64,000 nucleotides of DNA from Eubacteriales bacterium (lineage in GTDB: Bacteria; Bacillota; Clostridia; Oscillospirales; JAAYXM01): positions 28,006 through 92,005 of the forward strand of contig JAZRPG010000017.1 of NCBI GenBank assembly GCA_045649105.1, written 5' to 3'. Made by a program: the position numbers and the translations under genes. Below the pieces are notes generated by a model. It did no database searches. It saw nothing but the letters and a program-made list of their open reading frames with translations, and was not told where the DNA came from. This document shows, piece after piece, positions 9,883 to 19,345 of this stretch. How positions within the stretch are numbered: the first letter of the stretch is position 1; each line of letters begins with the position of its first letter.

Positions 9883-9911
9883 TTGACAAAGCGATGATTT
9901 ATCACTATAAT
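9883..9911 (+). promoter_or_regulatory. consensus sigma-A promoter for tRNA-Leu
   Basis: TTGACA (9883-9888), 17-nt spacer, TATAAT (9906-9911), about 30 nt upstream of the tRNA. Confidence 0.65.
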
Positions 9912-9941
9912 AAATAAGTGCTCTGCAGGGGCACTGTATTT

Positions 9942-10025
9942 GCGAGTGTGCTGGAATTGGCAGACAGGCACGTTTGAGGGGCGTGTGTCCATGACGTACG
10001 GGTTCAAGTCCCGTCACTCGCACCA
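9942..10025 (+). tRNA. tRNA-Leu (anticodon GAG), class II with long variable arm, encoded CCA
   Basis: GCGAGTG acceptor pairs with CACTCGC. D-loop is AATTGGCAGA. Anticodon stem CACGT/GCGTG with loop TTGAGGG. T-arm is GGGTTCAAGTCCC. The 3' end is ACCA. Confidence 0.9.
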
Positions 10026-10060
10026 AAACGGCAAGATTCGATAAGAATCTTGCCGTTTTT
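10026..10060 (+). terminator. rho-independent terminator after tRNA-Leu
   Basis: CGGCAAGATTC-GATAA-GAATCTTGCCG followed by TTTTT. Confidence 0.8.
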
Positions 10061-10120
10061 ACTTATTATCTGTTCACTCATCGCTATTCCTTAAAATCCT
10101 GCCGTTTTTATTGTATAACG

Positions 10121-10150
10121 AAAACCCGATACTTTTGTATCGGGTTTTTT
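10121..10150. terminator. bidirectional-looking terminator downstream of permease gene
   Basis: AAAACCCGATAC-TTTTG-TATCGGGTTTTTT. Confidence 0.6.
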
Positions 10151-10162
10151 CTTTTATTTACA

Positions 10163-11500
10163 TTATGCTCCTTTTTTCGCATAATATCTTTTAACGAGCA
10201 TGTATACGGGAAGCCCGATTAATGTGACGCAGATACTCACAAGCGAGAGATTTCTTGCGCCTGCACCGGACAGAAAGAGCTGACTTACAACCACATATAC
10301 ACCGCTTAAAATTGCGAGAATCGGGACCACGGGATAGAACGGAACCTTGTACTTGCGCGGAAGGTTCGGCTTCGTCCTGCGGAGGCGCATTACGCAGGCA
10401 AATGTCAGCGTATAGAATATCCAGCAGGAGAACACCGCAAGGTCTGTCAGCATGTCAAACCTGCCGCTTATTGAGTACAGGCACGCGAGAAACCCGATAA
10501 GCATTATCGAATTTGCGGGGACATGATTTTTGTTTATCCTGCAAAGCGCGCCCGAAAACGGAAGCGTTTTCTGCTCTGCAAGCTGATACGCAACGCGCGA
10601 GCCGGACATAAGAAAGCCGTTTGCCGCGCCGATTACGGAAATAATTATGCCTGTTTTTATAAGCAGGCCGCCCGTACTCCCGAAAATACGCGTGGCAACA
10701 GCAGATGCCGGAGATTCAAGGTGCATAAGCTCATCTGCGGGGATTACCCGAAGATACGCCATGTTGATTATAAAATACACAGCCATAATAATCGAAACAC
10801 CGCCGACGATTGCGCGCGGCATATCACGCCCCGGGTTTTTCATTTCACCTGCAATCGCGCCGACATTCGTCCAGCCCTCAAATGCGAACAAAACTGCAAG
10901 CAGCGTTGAGCCGAGCACCGCACCTGCGCTTTTCCCCTCCGCCGCAAGCGGAGTGAAAACGGGGTTTCCGCCCTTGCCGAGAATAAAGCCGAACACCATG
11001 AGGACAAACAGCGGTATGAGCTTGCAGACAGTCGATACCACCTGTGTAACCCCCGCCGTCCTTGAACCGAGCATATTAACAAGCACAAGCGCCGTTATAA
11101 CCGCAACGGCAATCGGAAGGGCAAACTCCTGCCCTACATACTCCCCGAGCTCCGTGCCGACCTTTACTCCGTAACCTGCAAGAAACGCAGGGTAGAATAT
11201 AACCGTCTGCATCCAGCCTGCAAGAAAGCCGAGCTTTTCGTTATACACCTCGCCAAGGTATTTGACCATGCCTCCCGTATGCGGAATGAGCACGGCGACC
11301 TCCGCAAATGTGAGCGCAGCAAGAATGCTTGCGAGTCCGCCGAAAATCCAGGCAAGCATGCCCATTCCCGGCGCACCTCCCGTCGCCTGATAAATGGCGT
11401 ACGGCTTGAAAAACACGCCTGCGCCGATAACACAGCCAACGACGATTGACATCGCCGTAAAAACGCCAAGATTCTTTTTAAGCCCTCTCTTGCCTTCCAC
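10163..11500 (-). CDS. APC-superfamily amino acid permease (LAT/SteT-like)
   Basis: 445 aa with about 12 TM segments. N-terminus GVFTAMSIVVGCVIGAGVFFKP is typical of APC transporters. GTG start with AAGAAGGG upstream. Confidence 0.8.
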   Translation of the reverse strand: MEGKRGLKKNLGVFTAMSIVVGCVIGAGVFFKPYAIYQATGGAPGMGMLAWIFGGLASILAALTFAEVAVLIPHTGGMVKYLGEVYNEKLGFLAGWMQTVIFYPAFLAGYGVKVGTELGEYVGQEFALPIAVAVITALVLVNMLGSRTAGVTQVVSTVCKLIPLFVLMVFGFILGKGGNPVFTPLAAEGKSAGAVLGSTLLAVLFAFEGWTNVGAIAGEMKNPGRDMPRAIVGGVSIIMAVYFIINMAYLRVIPADELMHLESPASAVATRIFGSTGGLLIKTGIIISVIGAANGFLMSGSRVAYQLAEQKTLPFSGALCRINKNHVPANSIMLIGFLACLYSISGRFDMLTDLAVFSCWIFYTLTFACVMRLRRTKPNLPRKYKVPFYPVVPILAILSGVYVVVSQLFLSGAGARNLSLVSICVTLIGLPVYMLVKRYYAKKGA

Positions 11501-11603
11501 AGGTAAACCCTTCTTTCATAAGTCTCACAGTATGGAAAATATCATATCCGCGCAAAAAAGTCAAGTGTCGCAAAAAAGACGAAAATGCTCCGTAATACAG
11601 ATT

Positions 11604-11633
11604 CGGGCGCAAGGGAGTTTCCCCTTGCGCCCG
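11604..11633 (-). terminator. GC-rich stem-loop downstream of glyQS
   Basis: CGGGCGCAAGGG/CCCTTGCGCCCG. There is no clear T-tract, so its role as an intrinsic terminator is uncertain. Confidence 0.4.
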
Positions 11634-11647
11634 CGGCGTTTATTTCC

Positions 11648-13027
11648 TCAGAAATTTATTTTTTCCTCGATGTATTCTGCAAGCTTTGAGATTTCGATTC
11701 TCTCCTGTGCCATCGTGTCGCGGTCGCGTACGGTGACGCAGCCGTCCTCAACACTGTCGAAATCGTATGTTATACATATAGGCGTTCCGATTTCGTCCTG
11801 CCTGCGGTAGCGCTTTCCGATTGAGCCCGCATCGTCGTAATCGACCATGAACTTCTTTGAAAGTGCTGCATACACCTCGCCCGCCTTGTCGGCAAGCTTC
11901 TTTGAAAGAGGAAGCACGGCGCACTTAAACGGCGCAAGGTACGGATGCAGACGAAGCACGACTCTGACATCGTTCTTTTCCGCGTCGACAACCTCCTCGT
12001 CATACGCGTCACAGAGGAATGCGAGCGCAACGCGGTCGGCGCCGAGTGACGGCTCAATGACATACGGAACATATTTCTCATTCGTCTCAGGGTCAAAGTA
12101 CTCCATATTTTCGCCCGAATGTGTCTGATGTGCAGTAAGGTCAAAATCCGTCCTGTCGGCAATTCCCCAGAGCTCGCCCCAGCCGAACGGGAACAGGAAC
12201 TCAAAGTCCGTCGTCGCATTTGAGTAGTGCGAAAGCTCCTCCTGCTCATGGTCACGCAAGCGCAGGTTCTCTCTCTTCATGCCGAGGGAGAGAAGGAACT
12301 GCTCGCAGTAGTCCTTCCAGTACTTAAACCACTCGAGGTCCTCGCCCGGGCGGCAGAAGAATTCAAGCTCCATCTGCTCAAACTCACGCGTACGGAATGT
12401 GAAGTTTCCGGGGGTTATCTCATTTCTGAAGGATTTTCCTATCTGTGCAACGCCGAACGGGATTTTCTTTCTCGTCGTGCGTGCGATTGACTTAAAGTCA
12501 CAGAAAATTCCCTGTGCCGTCTCAGGGCGGAGATACAGCTCGTTCTTTGCGTCCTCCGTAACGCCCTGGAATGTCTTGAACATAAGGTTAAACTTTCTGA
12601 TGTCCGTGAAATTGTTCTTTCCGCAGTCGGGGCAGCAGATGTTATTATCCGCAATATATTTCGCCATCTCCTCAAAGCTCCAGCCCGCGGGATTTACGCC
12701 CGTGTCCTCAATGAGCTTGTCGGCGCGGTGGCGGGTTTTGCACTCCTTGCAGTCCATAAGCGGGTCGGAAAAACCTCCGACATGGCCCGATGCAACCCAG
12801 ACCTGCGGGTTCATAAGAATTGCGCTGTCAAGCCCGACATTATACGGCGATTCCTGGACAAATTTCTTCCACCACGCGCGCTTTACATTGTTTTTAAACT
12901 CAACGCCGAGCGGGCCGTAGTCCCAGGTGTTTGCAAGACCGCCGTAAATCTCGCTTCCGCTGTAAACAAAGCCGCGCCCTTTGCACAGAGAAACAACCTT
13001 TTCCATTGTCTTTTCAGTGTTCTGCAT
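11648..13027 (-). CDS. glyQS: glycine--tRNA ligase (homodimeric class II type)
   Basis: 459 aa, [39 protein letters not shown]... is diagnostic of GlyQS. Confidence 0.9.
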   Translation of the reverse strand: MQNTEKTMEKVVSLCKGRGFVYSGSEIYGGLANTWDYGPLGVEFKNNVKRAWWKKFVQESPYNVGLDSAILMNPQVWVASGHVGGFSDPLMDCKECKTRHRADKLIEDTGVNPAGWSFEEMAKYIADNNICCPDCGKNNFTDIRKFNLMFKTFQGVTEDAKNELYLRPETAQGIFCDFKSIARTTRKKIPFGVAQIGKSFRNEITPGNFTFRTREFEQMELEFFCRPGEDLEWFKYWKDYCEQFLLSLGMKRENLRLRDHEQEELSHYSNATTDFEFLFPFGWGELWGIADRTDFDLTAHQTHSGENMEYFDPETNEKYVPYVIEPSLGADRVALAFLCDAYDEEVVDAEKNDVRVVLRLHPYLAPFKCAVLPLSKKLADKAGEVYAALSKKFMVDYDDAGSIGKRYRRQDEIGTPICITYDFDSVEDGCVTVRDRDTMAQERIEISKLAEYIEEKINF

Positions 13028-13200
13028 GATGAATCTGTCCCTTCTAAGCTTCTTTTTATATTAATGCGTCATTTTGCCTTTTATGAAACTCTGTATGTGT
13101 TAATTATACCATACATTTCTTCCTAAAACAACACTATAATTTGCAGTTTCGCCGCTGTATCACAGTTTTCTGCATCTGTTCACGCACAGCTTTTTTACAT

Positions 13201-13231
13201 AAAAAAACCGGCGGCTCAAAAGAGCCGCCGG
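13201..13231 (-). terminator. rho-independent terminator of the SLH protein gene
   Basis: Minus strand CCGGCGGCTC-TTTTG-AGCCGCCGG followed by TTTTTTT. Confidence 0.8.
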
Positions 13232-13244
13232 AAACAGTTACCTG

Positions 13245-16200
13245 TTATGCATTGTTATCTCCGTTATCTCCGTTGTCAACGGGAGGAACATAGTATGCGC
13301 TTTTCTGCATGTCTACGAAGGAGAAGACTCTGATGACTTCGCCTTCCTCAACCTGCATAACAGCGTTGTAATGGAATGCCTTGATTCCTTCATCATCATC
13401 AAGACGTGCCGGGAGCTTAATGAGGTCAGAGCCTGCATAAGCGCCGTCATCGATTGTGATGATGTCATAGCCGTCCTCAGAGAAGAGGATAGACTGGAGT
13501 GAACCGTCAACCGGCTTGCCGTTTACAACTGTGATAGCATCAACAGTGTTGTAGTAGGAAAGTCTGTCAGCGTTAGTTGCTGCTACGTTGATAGCGAAGA
13601 GACCGCTCTGCTCGCCGCTGTAGATGTGGCGAACGCCCGCGTCGTCTGTGTAGTCAGCCGGATCGCTACCAACGGCTACGCCGGGTGCATATCTGCCGGT
13701 GATGTCGATTGTAGCAATCTTGCCATCAGCATCAAGTGAGTAGCATACGAAGGATCCTGCCGGGAATGTGCTGTCAACAGCGTCGATAGCTCCGATTCCG
13801 GATTCAGCAGAAAGAACCTCGACATTGTAGAGGTTTGTTACATTCTCTACAGTGTTTGCAGAAATGAGACCATCCTCAGAGATGAGCTTCATAGCTGCAT
13901 AGTAGTTACCTGTTGCTACGTTATAGAGCTGCTTTGCAGAAACAACATAACCGAGGTTGTCAGAGCTCTTGTATCCGATAGAAGCGCTGTCGCCGATTGT
14001 CATTGCAGCAGCAACAACTGTTCTCTCGTAACCGTTCTTGTTGATTACAGCACTTGAAAGAGCGCCGGCCGGTGTACCCTCGATCTCAAGACCCGGGATA
14101 ACATCACCGTCAGCATCGATTACATTTGCGAGCTTGTATGCTCTTGCAGTAACCGGTGTGTAGTCTGCATCTGTGTTAGCAACGTCGAGCTTACCATGGA
14201 GAACGAATACGATTGCGTTCTCGTTGTAGCCGTAGTAAGAACCTGTCTCGTTTGCGAACTGCTTGTTAACGATGTTTGCTGTTCCGCCCATTGCCGGAAC
14301 CTGAGCATTGTCTTCGTTTATAAGCTTCTTGAAGTCCTGACCTGAGAGGTCAACTGTTCCGTCGTTTCTGATGGAGTACTTAACAACCCAGCCGAAGCGA
14401 GCGTTGTCAGCGTAGTCCATAGCACGGTCGTTAGCAGCATTGTTCGGCTGTGATGCGTACTTTGTGTAGAACTTGCCAATCTTGTATGTGCCAGTTGTGT
14501 TGTCTGCGAATGCGAGCTTAACGTATGCTACGTCAAGGTTTGCATCGTAGAAAGAGTTTGTGATAACTGCATAGTTCTCAACGCTTGATACTGCGTCAGA
14601 CGGCTCGATCTGGAGAATGATGTTGCCGTATACATAGTACTTTGTAGAAGCGTTAAGAGCGCTCGGAGTAGCATCGTAATAATTAAAGAGGTCGTTGCCA
14701 TTATCTGTGTACTCTACGCAGAGTGTCTCGTCAGCGTAGTAAGTCTTGCCGCCGATAACGACAGAACCGTCCTCGTTGAAGCTCTCAACTGCGCCTGTGA
14801 TTACTTCAGCCTTCTCGATGTATACTTTGCCGTTCTCACGGTAGTAAACAACATAGTCGTCTGTAGCAACCGTGCCGTTGATTACGCAATCCTCAAGGTC
14901 AACTGTTCCGAGACCTGAGAGGTAGATTGTGCCCTTAGCCTCGCTGTAGTTAGTAACAGCAGAGTACTTAGCATTGTCAACAGAAACCATCTTGAACATG
15001 TAAGAATATGTTCTTCCGCCGTCTACAGAAACGAAACGGTAGTTAGCGAGTGAGCCTGTGCCCATTGCGCTGAAGAACTCGTCGCCAGCAGCCGGATGCT
15101 CAAGAACCGGTGTACCATCACCGCGGAGTGTCTCTGTTGATACATATGCATAGTTTGTGTAGAATTCGCCGATGCCTTCAACGAAAGCGTTTGAATTCTT
15201 CGGAAGTCTGCCAGCCTCTGACGGAGCCTTGATCTGCTTCTCAACGCCATCAACCGTGAAGCCGATGTACGGAACGATCTCTGTCTGGCTTGTGCTTGTT
15301 GCGTTCGGCATAAGAGCAACGTCAGCAGAGCTTACTTCGTATGCAACTGTATCGGAGTTAACGAGAACGTCACCGATAACCTCTACGTTCTTGTAGCTGT
15401 ACTCAGCGCTTGAAGCCATGTCAGCCTTGAAGAATACGTTGACCTTGTATCCGAGCATGCTGTCCGGAAGAGCACGGTCAATTGTGAGTGTGTTAACGAT
15501 GATGTCGCCATCTCTTGTCTTTGCTTCGTAAAGAATCTCAGACTCGCCGCTGTCAACGCCAGTTGCTGCAACCTCGATTTCGAGGTCCTCGCCCTCTGCG
15601 TCTGTGAGGAGTGCGTAACGCTCGTTAGCGATTACGATACCTGTAACAGTCTTGAGGTCCATTGTCTTCTCGCCGAGAGTGATGTTCTTAACGCCCTCGA
15701 AGTTGTACTGTGAGCCAGTGCCTGTGATTGCGCTGTACTCAAATACAGGTGAGAAGATAGCGTTCTTCATGAGCTTTGCAACGAGCTCACGTGTTGCGAG
15801 CTGTGTCGGGTCGCCTGCCCAGCCGTCATATACGCCGAGCTGCATGCCGAGTGCAACAGTGTTAGCTGTCCAGTTCGGTCCTACGAGGCCCTCTTTCTCC
15901 GGGTTAACACCCATGATAACGAGGATCATCTTTGTTGCTTCAGCAACAGTGATGTTTGCCTGCGGGTCAAACTTTGTAGCTGACTTACCGCTTACGATCT
16001 TCTGGTTTGCGCAGAAGTTGATGTAGCCCTTTGCCCATGCTACCTCTGCAACGCCTTCGACGTCTGCAAAGTCGCTCTTCTGAGCAGCAAAGAGGTTACC
16101 GTCTGTGTCAGAGCCATACTTAAGTGTGTATGCCATCTTAGCGAACTCTGCACGTGTGATGTTTGCCTGCGGCTTGAATGAGCCGTCCGGGTATCCGCTG

Positions 16201-16346
16201 ATAACACCGAGCTCGACGAGCATGTTGACATCATCAACATAATCTTTGCCGATCTCAGCAACATCAGCGAATGCTGCACCGGCTGTGAATGTAAATGCCA
16301 TTGCAAATACGAGAGCCAGTGCGAGAATCTTCTTAAGATTTCTCAT
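13245..16346 (-). CDS. large cell-surface protein with N-terminal triple SLH domains (S-layer-type protein)
   Basis: 1033 aa with a signal peptide (MRNLKKILALALVFAMAFTFTAGAAFA). SLH repeats are present (VISGYPDGSFKPQANITRAEFAKMAY; IVSGKSATKFDPQANITVAEATKMI; ...TRELVAKLM). Codon choice is visibly different from the neighbours (poor in CG-containing codons), suggesting high expression. Confidence 0.8.
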   Translation of the reverse strand: MRNLKKILALALVFAMAFTFTAGAAFADVAEIGKDYVDDVNMLVELGVISGYPDGSFKPQANITRAEFAKMAYTLKYGSDTDGNLFAAQKSDFADVEGVAEVAWAKGYINFCANQKIVSGKSATKFDPQANITVAEATKMILVIMGVNPEKEGLVGPNWTANTVALGMQLGVYDGWAGDPTQLATRELVAKLMKNAIFSPVFEYSAITGTGSQYNFEGVKNITLGEKTMDLKTVTGIVIANERYALLTDAEGEDLEIEVAATGVDSGESEILYEAKTRDGDIIVNTLTIDRALPDSMLGYKVNVFFKADMASSAEYSYKNVEVIGDVLVNSDTVAYEVSSADVALMPNATSTSQTEIVPYIGFTVDGVEKQIKAPSEAGRLPKNSNAFVEGIGEFYTNYAYVSTETLRGDGTPVLEHPAAGDEFFSAMGTGSLANYRFVSVDGGRTYSYMFKMVSVDNAKYSAVTNYSEAKGTIYLSGLGTVDLEDCVINGTVATDDYVVYYRENGKVYIEKAEVITGAVESFNEDGSVVIGGKTYYADETLCVEYTDNGNDLFNYYDATPSALNASTKYYVYGNIILQIEPSDAVSSVENYAVITNSFYDANLDVAYVKLAFADNTTGTYKIGKFYTKYASQPNNAANDRAMDYADNARFGWVVKYSIRNDGTVDLSGQDFKKLINEDNAQVPAMGGTANIVNKQFANETGSYYGYNENAIVFVLHGKLDVANTDADYTPVTARAYKLANVIDADGDVIPGLEIEGTPAGALSSAVINKNGYERTVVAAAMTIGDSASIGYKSSDNLGYVVSAKQLYNVATGNYYAAMKLISEDGLISANTVENVTNLYNVEVLSAESGIGAIDAVDSTFPAGSFVCYSLDADGKIATIDITGRYAPGVAVGSDPADYTDDAGVRHIYSGEQSGLFAINVAATNADRLSYYNTVDAITVVNGKPVDGSLQSILFSEDGYDIITIDDGAYAGSDLIKLPARLDDDEGIKAFHYNAVMQVEEGEVIRVFSFVDMQKSAYYVPPVDNGDNGDNNA

Positions 16347-16395
16347 TTTTTCTTCCTCCTAAAAAATTTTTAGGCTTCCGCCCTTTATGTACCAA

Positions 16396-16424
16396 ATAAT
16401 ATACTATTTGGAAAAAGCCGTCAA
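16396..16424 (-). promoter_or_regulatory. candidate promoter of SLH protein gene
   Basis: Minus strand TTGACG (16424-16419), 17 nt, TATTAT (16401-16396). Confidence 0.35.
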
Positions 16425-16670
16425 GAGCTTTTTTCCATATGTAACGCAACTGTAACAAAGCGTAACATTAGCGAAACACAGCGGCAGAAAAGCTTTTCTC
16501 CTCTTGCCGCTGCGTTTTTCTTTATATACATATTATATATATTATCTCGCGCCGATAATGAGACAGGCGCCGATTGCAAAAAGCCCGAGAAATATTACAA
16601 AATCAAGAACCTTTGTTGATACATTTACCTTCATATATATATTGTCATTATTTTTCACTCCGCTCCCTCC

Positions 16671-17741
16671 CTACTTTCTGACGAGATATTTGCGCATATC
16701 TATTGCGCATGCAACGAGGATTATGAGCCCTTTTATTATATATTGCAGATTCTGGTTCACGCTCAGGAACGTAAGCCCGACAAATATTATGCGCAGGAGA
16801 ACTACGCCGATTATGACGCCGCGGATTTTTCCGATTCCGCCGACGAACGACACACCGCCGATTACGCAGGCGGCGATTGCGTCAAGCTCATAGTTAAGCC
16901 CCGTTGCCGCGCTGTTTGAGCTGATTCTCGCTCCCTCGATAAACCCCGTAATGCCGTACATCGCGCCGGCGAGCGTGAACACGAGGATTGTCGTCGCCGT
17001 GACATTCACTCCCGAAACATGCGCCGCCTCCGGGTTTGAACCGACGGCAAACATGTTTTTGCCGAACTTTGTCTTATTCCACACAAACCACATTATAATT
17101 GTTATCGCAAAGGAATACCACACAAAGTTCGGTATCGCGCTTGTGCCTATTGACACAAAGCTCCCGTTTATGAGGTCCGTATAGCTTCTGTCAAGGCCTG
17201 AGATTGCCTGGCCGTTATTTGTGCCGAGCGTGAGGTACATGAGCAGTCCGCCGTACACTATAAGCTGCGTCGCAAGGGTTACTATAAACGGGTGAAGGTT
17301 AAATTTCGCCGTACAGAAGCCGTTTACCGCGCCGACTGCCGCGCCGACTGCTATTATGAGAAGAATCACGGCAAAAACAGGCACGGTCTCAAGCGCAGGG
17401 AACATCTTGTTCGCATATCCCGTCGTCTGAAGAAGCGACGCGGCGATGCACGCAGTCAGCCCGACAACGCGGCCTGCGGAGAGGTCCGTCCCCGTGAGGA
17501 TTATGGCGCCCGCTATTCCGAGCGCTATCGGAAGATTTGCCGCAGAAAGCGAGAGTATATTTACAATCGACCCTGCGGATAAAAAGCGCGGCTTATATAT
17601 CGCTATTGCAACTATTACAAGCATAAGAAATATATACAGCGCATTGTTTATAAAAATCTCGCCGCGCATACGGCGGCGTGCATCGGCATCAAGCGCGCGG
17701 TACTCGGTAAAGCGCCGCCTGAATATGTTATCTCTTCCCAT
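16671..17741 (-). CDS. mglC: galactose/methyl-galactoside-type sugar ABC transporter permease
   Basis: Polytopic permease. The track ORF (16671..17858) overlaps the mglA 3' end. The start was moved to ATG 17741 (MGRDNIFRRRF...), preceded by GAGGGG right after the mglA stop. Confidence 0.8.
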   Translation of the reverse strand: MGRDNIFRRRFTEYRALDADARRRMRGEIFINNALYIFLMLVIVAIAIYKPRFLSAGSIVNILSLSAANLPIALGIAGAIILTGTDLSAGRVVGLTACIAASLLQTTGYANKMFPALETVPVFAVILLIIAVGAAVGAVNGFCTAKFNLHPFIVTLATQLIVYGGLLMYLTLGTNNGQAISGLDRSYTDLINGSFVSIGTSAIPNFVWYSFAITIIMWFVWNKTKFGKNMFAVGSNPEAAHVSGVNVTATTILVFTLAGAMYGITGFIEGARISSNSAATGLNYELDAIAACVIGGVSFVGGIGKIRGVIIGVVLLRIIFVGLTFLSVNQNLQYIIKGLIILVACAIDMRKYLVRK

Positions 17742-17752
17742 AAAAAGCCCCT

Positions 17753-19249
17753 CTACACATTTTTTGTCGCAAGAGTCATTATTTCCTCCTGCGTCGCACT
17801 TTTTGCATCCACCTCGCCCGCGAGGCACCCGCCCGACATCACGAGAATTCTGTCGCACACACCGAGAAGCTCAGGCATTTCCGAGGATACCATAATTATC
17901 GTCTTTCCCTCTTTTGCAAGTTTTAATATAACCTGATATATCTCATACTTTGCACCGACATCGATGCCGCGCGTCGGCTCATCAAGCAAAAGCACGGTCG
18001 GCTCGGTTAAAAGCCAGCGCCCGATTATGACCTTCTGCTGGTTTCCGCCCGAGAGCGCGCGGATTTTTGTCTCCTGAGACGGCGCCTTAACACGGAGCGT
18101 CTCCATCACCCAGTCCGTTGCCCTGCGCAGACGCGCATGGCTTAAAAACCCTGCAGGGGCGCGGTACTTTCGCAGGCTCGATATCGTGGAATTGTCGCGC
18201 AGGTCAAGAATCCCGAAGATGCCTGTCGCGCGGCGCTCCTCCGTTATCAGCGCAAACCCGTTTTTTATCGCCTCGCGGGCGTTTCTGTTTTTCACCTCGA
18301 CCCCGTGAAGCTTTATCCTCCCGCTCTTTCGCGCCGAGATTCCGAATATGTTCTCCAGAAGCTCCGTCCTGCCTGCACCGTCAAGCCCCGCCACGCCGAC
18401 AATCTCTCCGCTGCGCACCGAAAACGAAACGTCCGTTAAGTTTGCATACAGCGACGAAAGGTTCTCAACCTCAAGCGATGTCTCCCCCGGCGCGTTATCC
18501 TTCTCGGGGAACCTCTTTTCAAGCTCACGCCCTACCATAAGCTTTATTATCTGATTCATCGTCAGCTCTTCTGCAGGCTTTGTCGCAATCCTTGCGCCGT
18601 CGCGCATTACGGTAACCTCATCGGAAATGCGCAGTATTTCCTCCATCTTGTGAGAGATATACACAATACCGCAGCCGCGCTCCCGAAGCATATTTATTAT
18701 GCGGAACAGGCTCTCAACCTCTTTGTCGTTAAGAGATGAGGTCGGCTCGTCAAACACGATTACCTTTGTGTTATACGAAACCGCCTTTGCAATCTCTACC
18801 ATCTGGCGCTGTGCCACCGGCATTGTGCTCATTATCGTGTCAGGATTGATATCGAGCCCCAGCTGCTTAAATATTTTCTCTGTCTCTTTGCGCATCTTTT
18901 TTTCAGAGACAAACGGCCCGACTGTCGGATACCTGCCGAGCCAGATGTTATCCATGACGCTGCGCTTCAGGGCCTGGTTAAGCTCCTGATGTACCATGGC
19001 GACTCCGCTCTCAAGCGCATCACGCGCGGTCTTAAACTCTACCCTGCGTCCCTCCAGAAGAATTTCCCCGCTGTCCTTTTTATATATCCCGAACAGGCAT
19101 TTCATAAGAGTCGACTTGCCCGCACCGTTCTCCCCCATCAGCGCGTGCACCGTGCCTGCCTTTACGGTCAGCGAAACGCTGTCAAGCGCACGCACTCCGG
19201 GAAAGCTTTTGCATATGTCCTTCATTTCAAGAAGAATTTTGTTTTCCAT
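17753..19249 (-). CDS. mglA: sugar ABC transporter ATP-binding protein (two ATPase domains)
   Basis: 498 aa with [24 protein letters not shown] and a duplicated ABC fold of the CUT2 family. Confidence 0.85.
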   Translation of the reverse strand: MENKILLEMKDICKSFPGVRALDSVSLTVKAGTVHALMGENGAGKSTLMKCLFGIYKKDSGEILLEGRRVEFKTARDALESGVAMVHQELNQALKRSVMDNIWLGRYPTVGPFVSEKKMRKETEKIFKQLGLDINPDTIMSTMPVAQRQMVEIAKAVSYNTKVIVFDEPTSSLNDKEVESLFRIINMLRERGCGIVYISHKMEEILRISDEVTVMRDGARIATKPAEELTMNQIIKLMVGRELEKRFPEKDNAPGETSLEVENLSSLYANLTDVSFSVRSGEIVGVAGLDGAGRTELLENIFGISARKSGRIKLHGVEVKNRNAREAIKNGFALITEERRATGIFGILDLRDNSTISSLRKYRAPAGFLSHARLRRATDWVMETLRVKAPSQETKIRALSGGNQQKVIIGRWLLTEPTVLLLDEPTRGIDVGAKYEIYQVILKLAKEGKTIIMVSSEMPELLGVCDRILVMSGGCLAGEVDAKSATQEEIMTLATKNV

Positions 19250-19345
19250 TCTCCGTCTTCCTCCGCGTAAAGCCCCCGGACAAGGGATTTGTTCCCCCTG
19301 CCCGGGAAGGCTTTTCTGCCGTAACCCGAATTTATCGGATTTTGC

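Noticed and set aside
9724-9900. Expected guanine/purine riboswitch upstream of xpt
   Set aside because: The leader between the best promoter (TTGAAA-17-TATAAT, 9792-9764) and the SD is only about 30-40 nt. The wider region lacks the conserved GAUAUGG, UUUCUACC and GACUAUG junction motifs. Only a weak CCGUAAUAUG resemblance was seen.
13028-13244. T-box leader upstream of glyQS
   Set aside because: There is no GGGTGG(A/T)ACCGCG-type T-box sequence. The region is too short once the upstream gene terminator (13201-13231) is subtracted.
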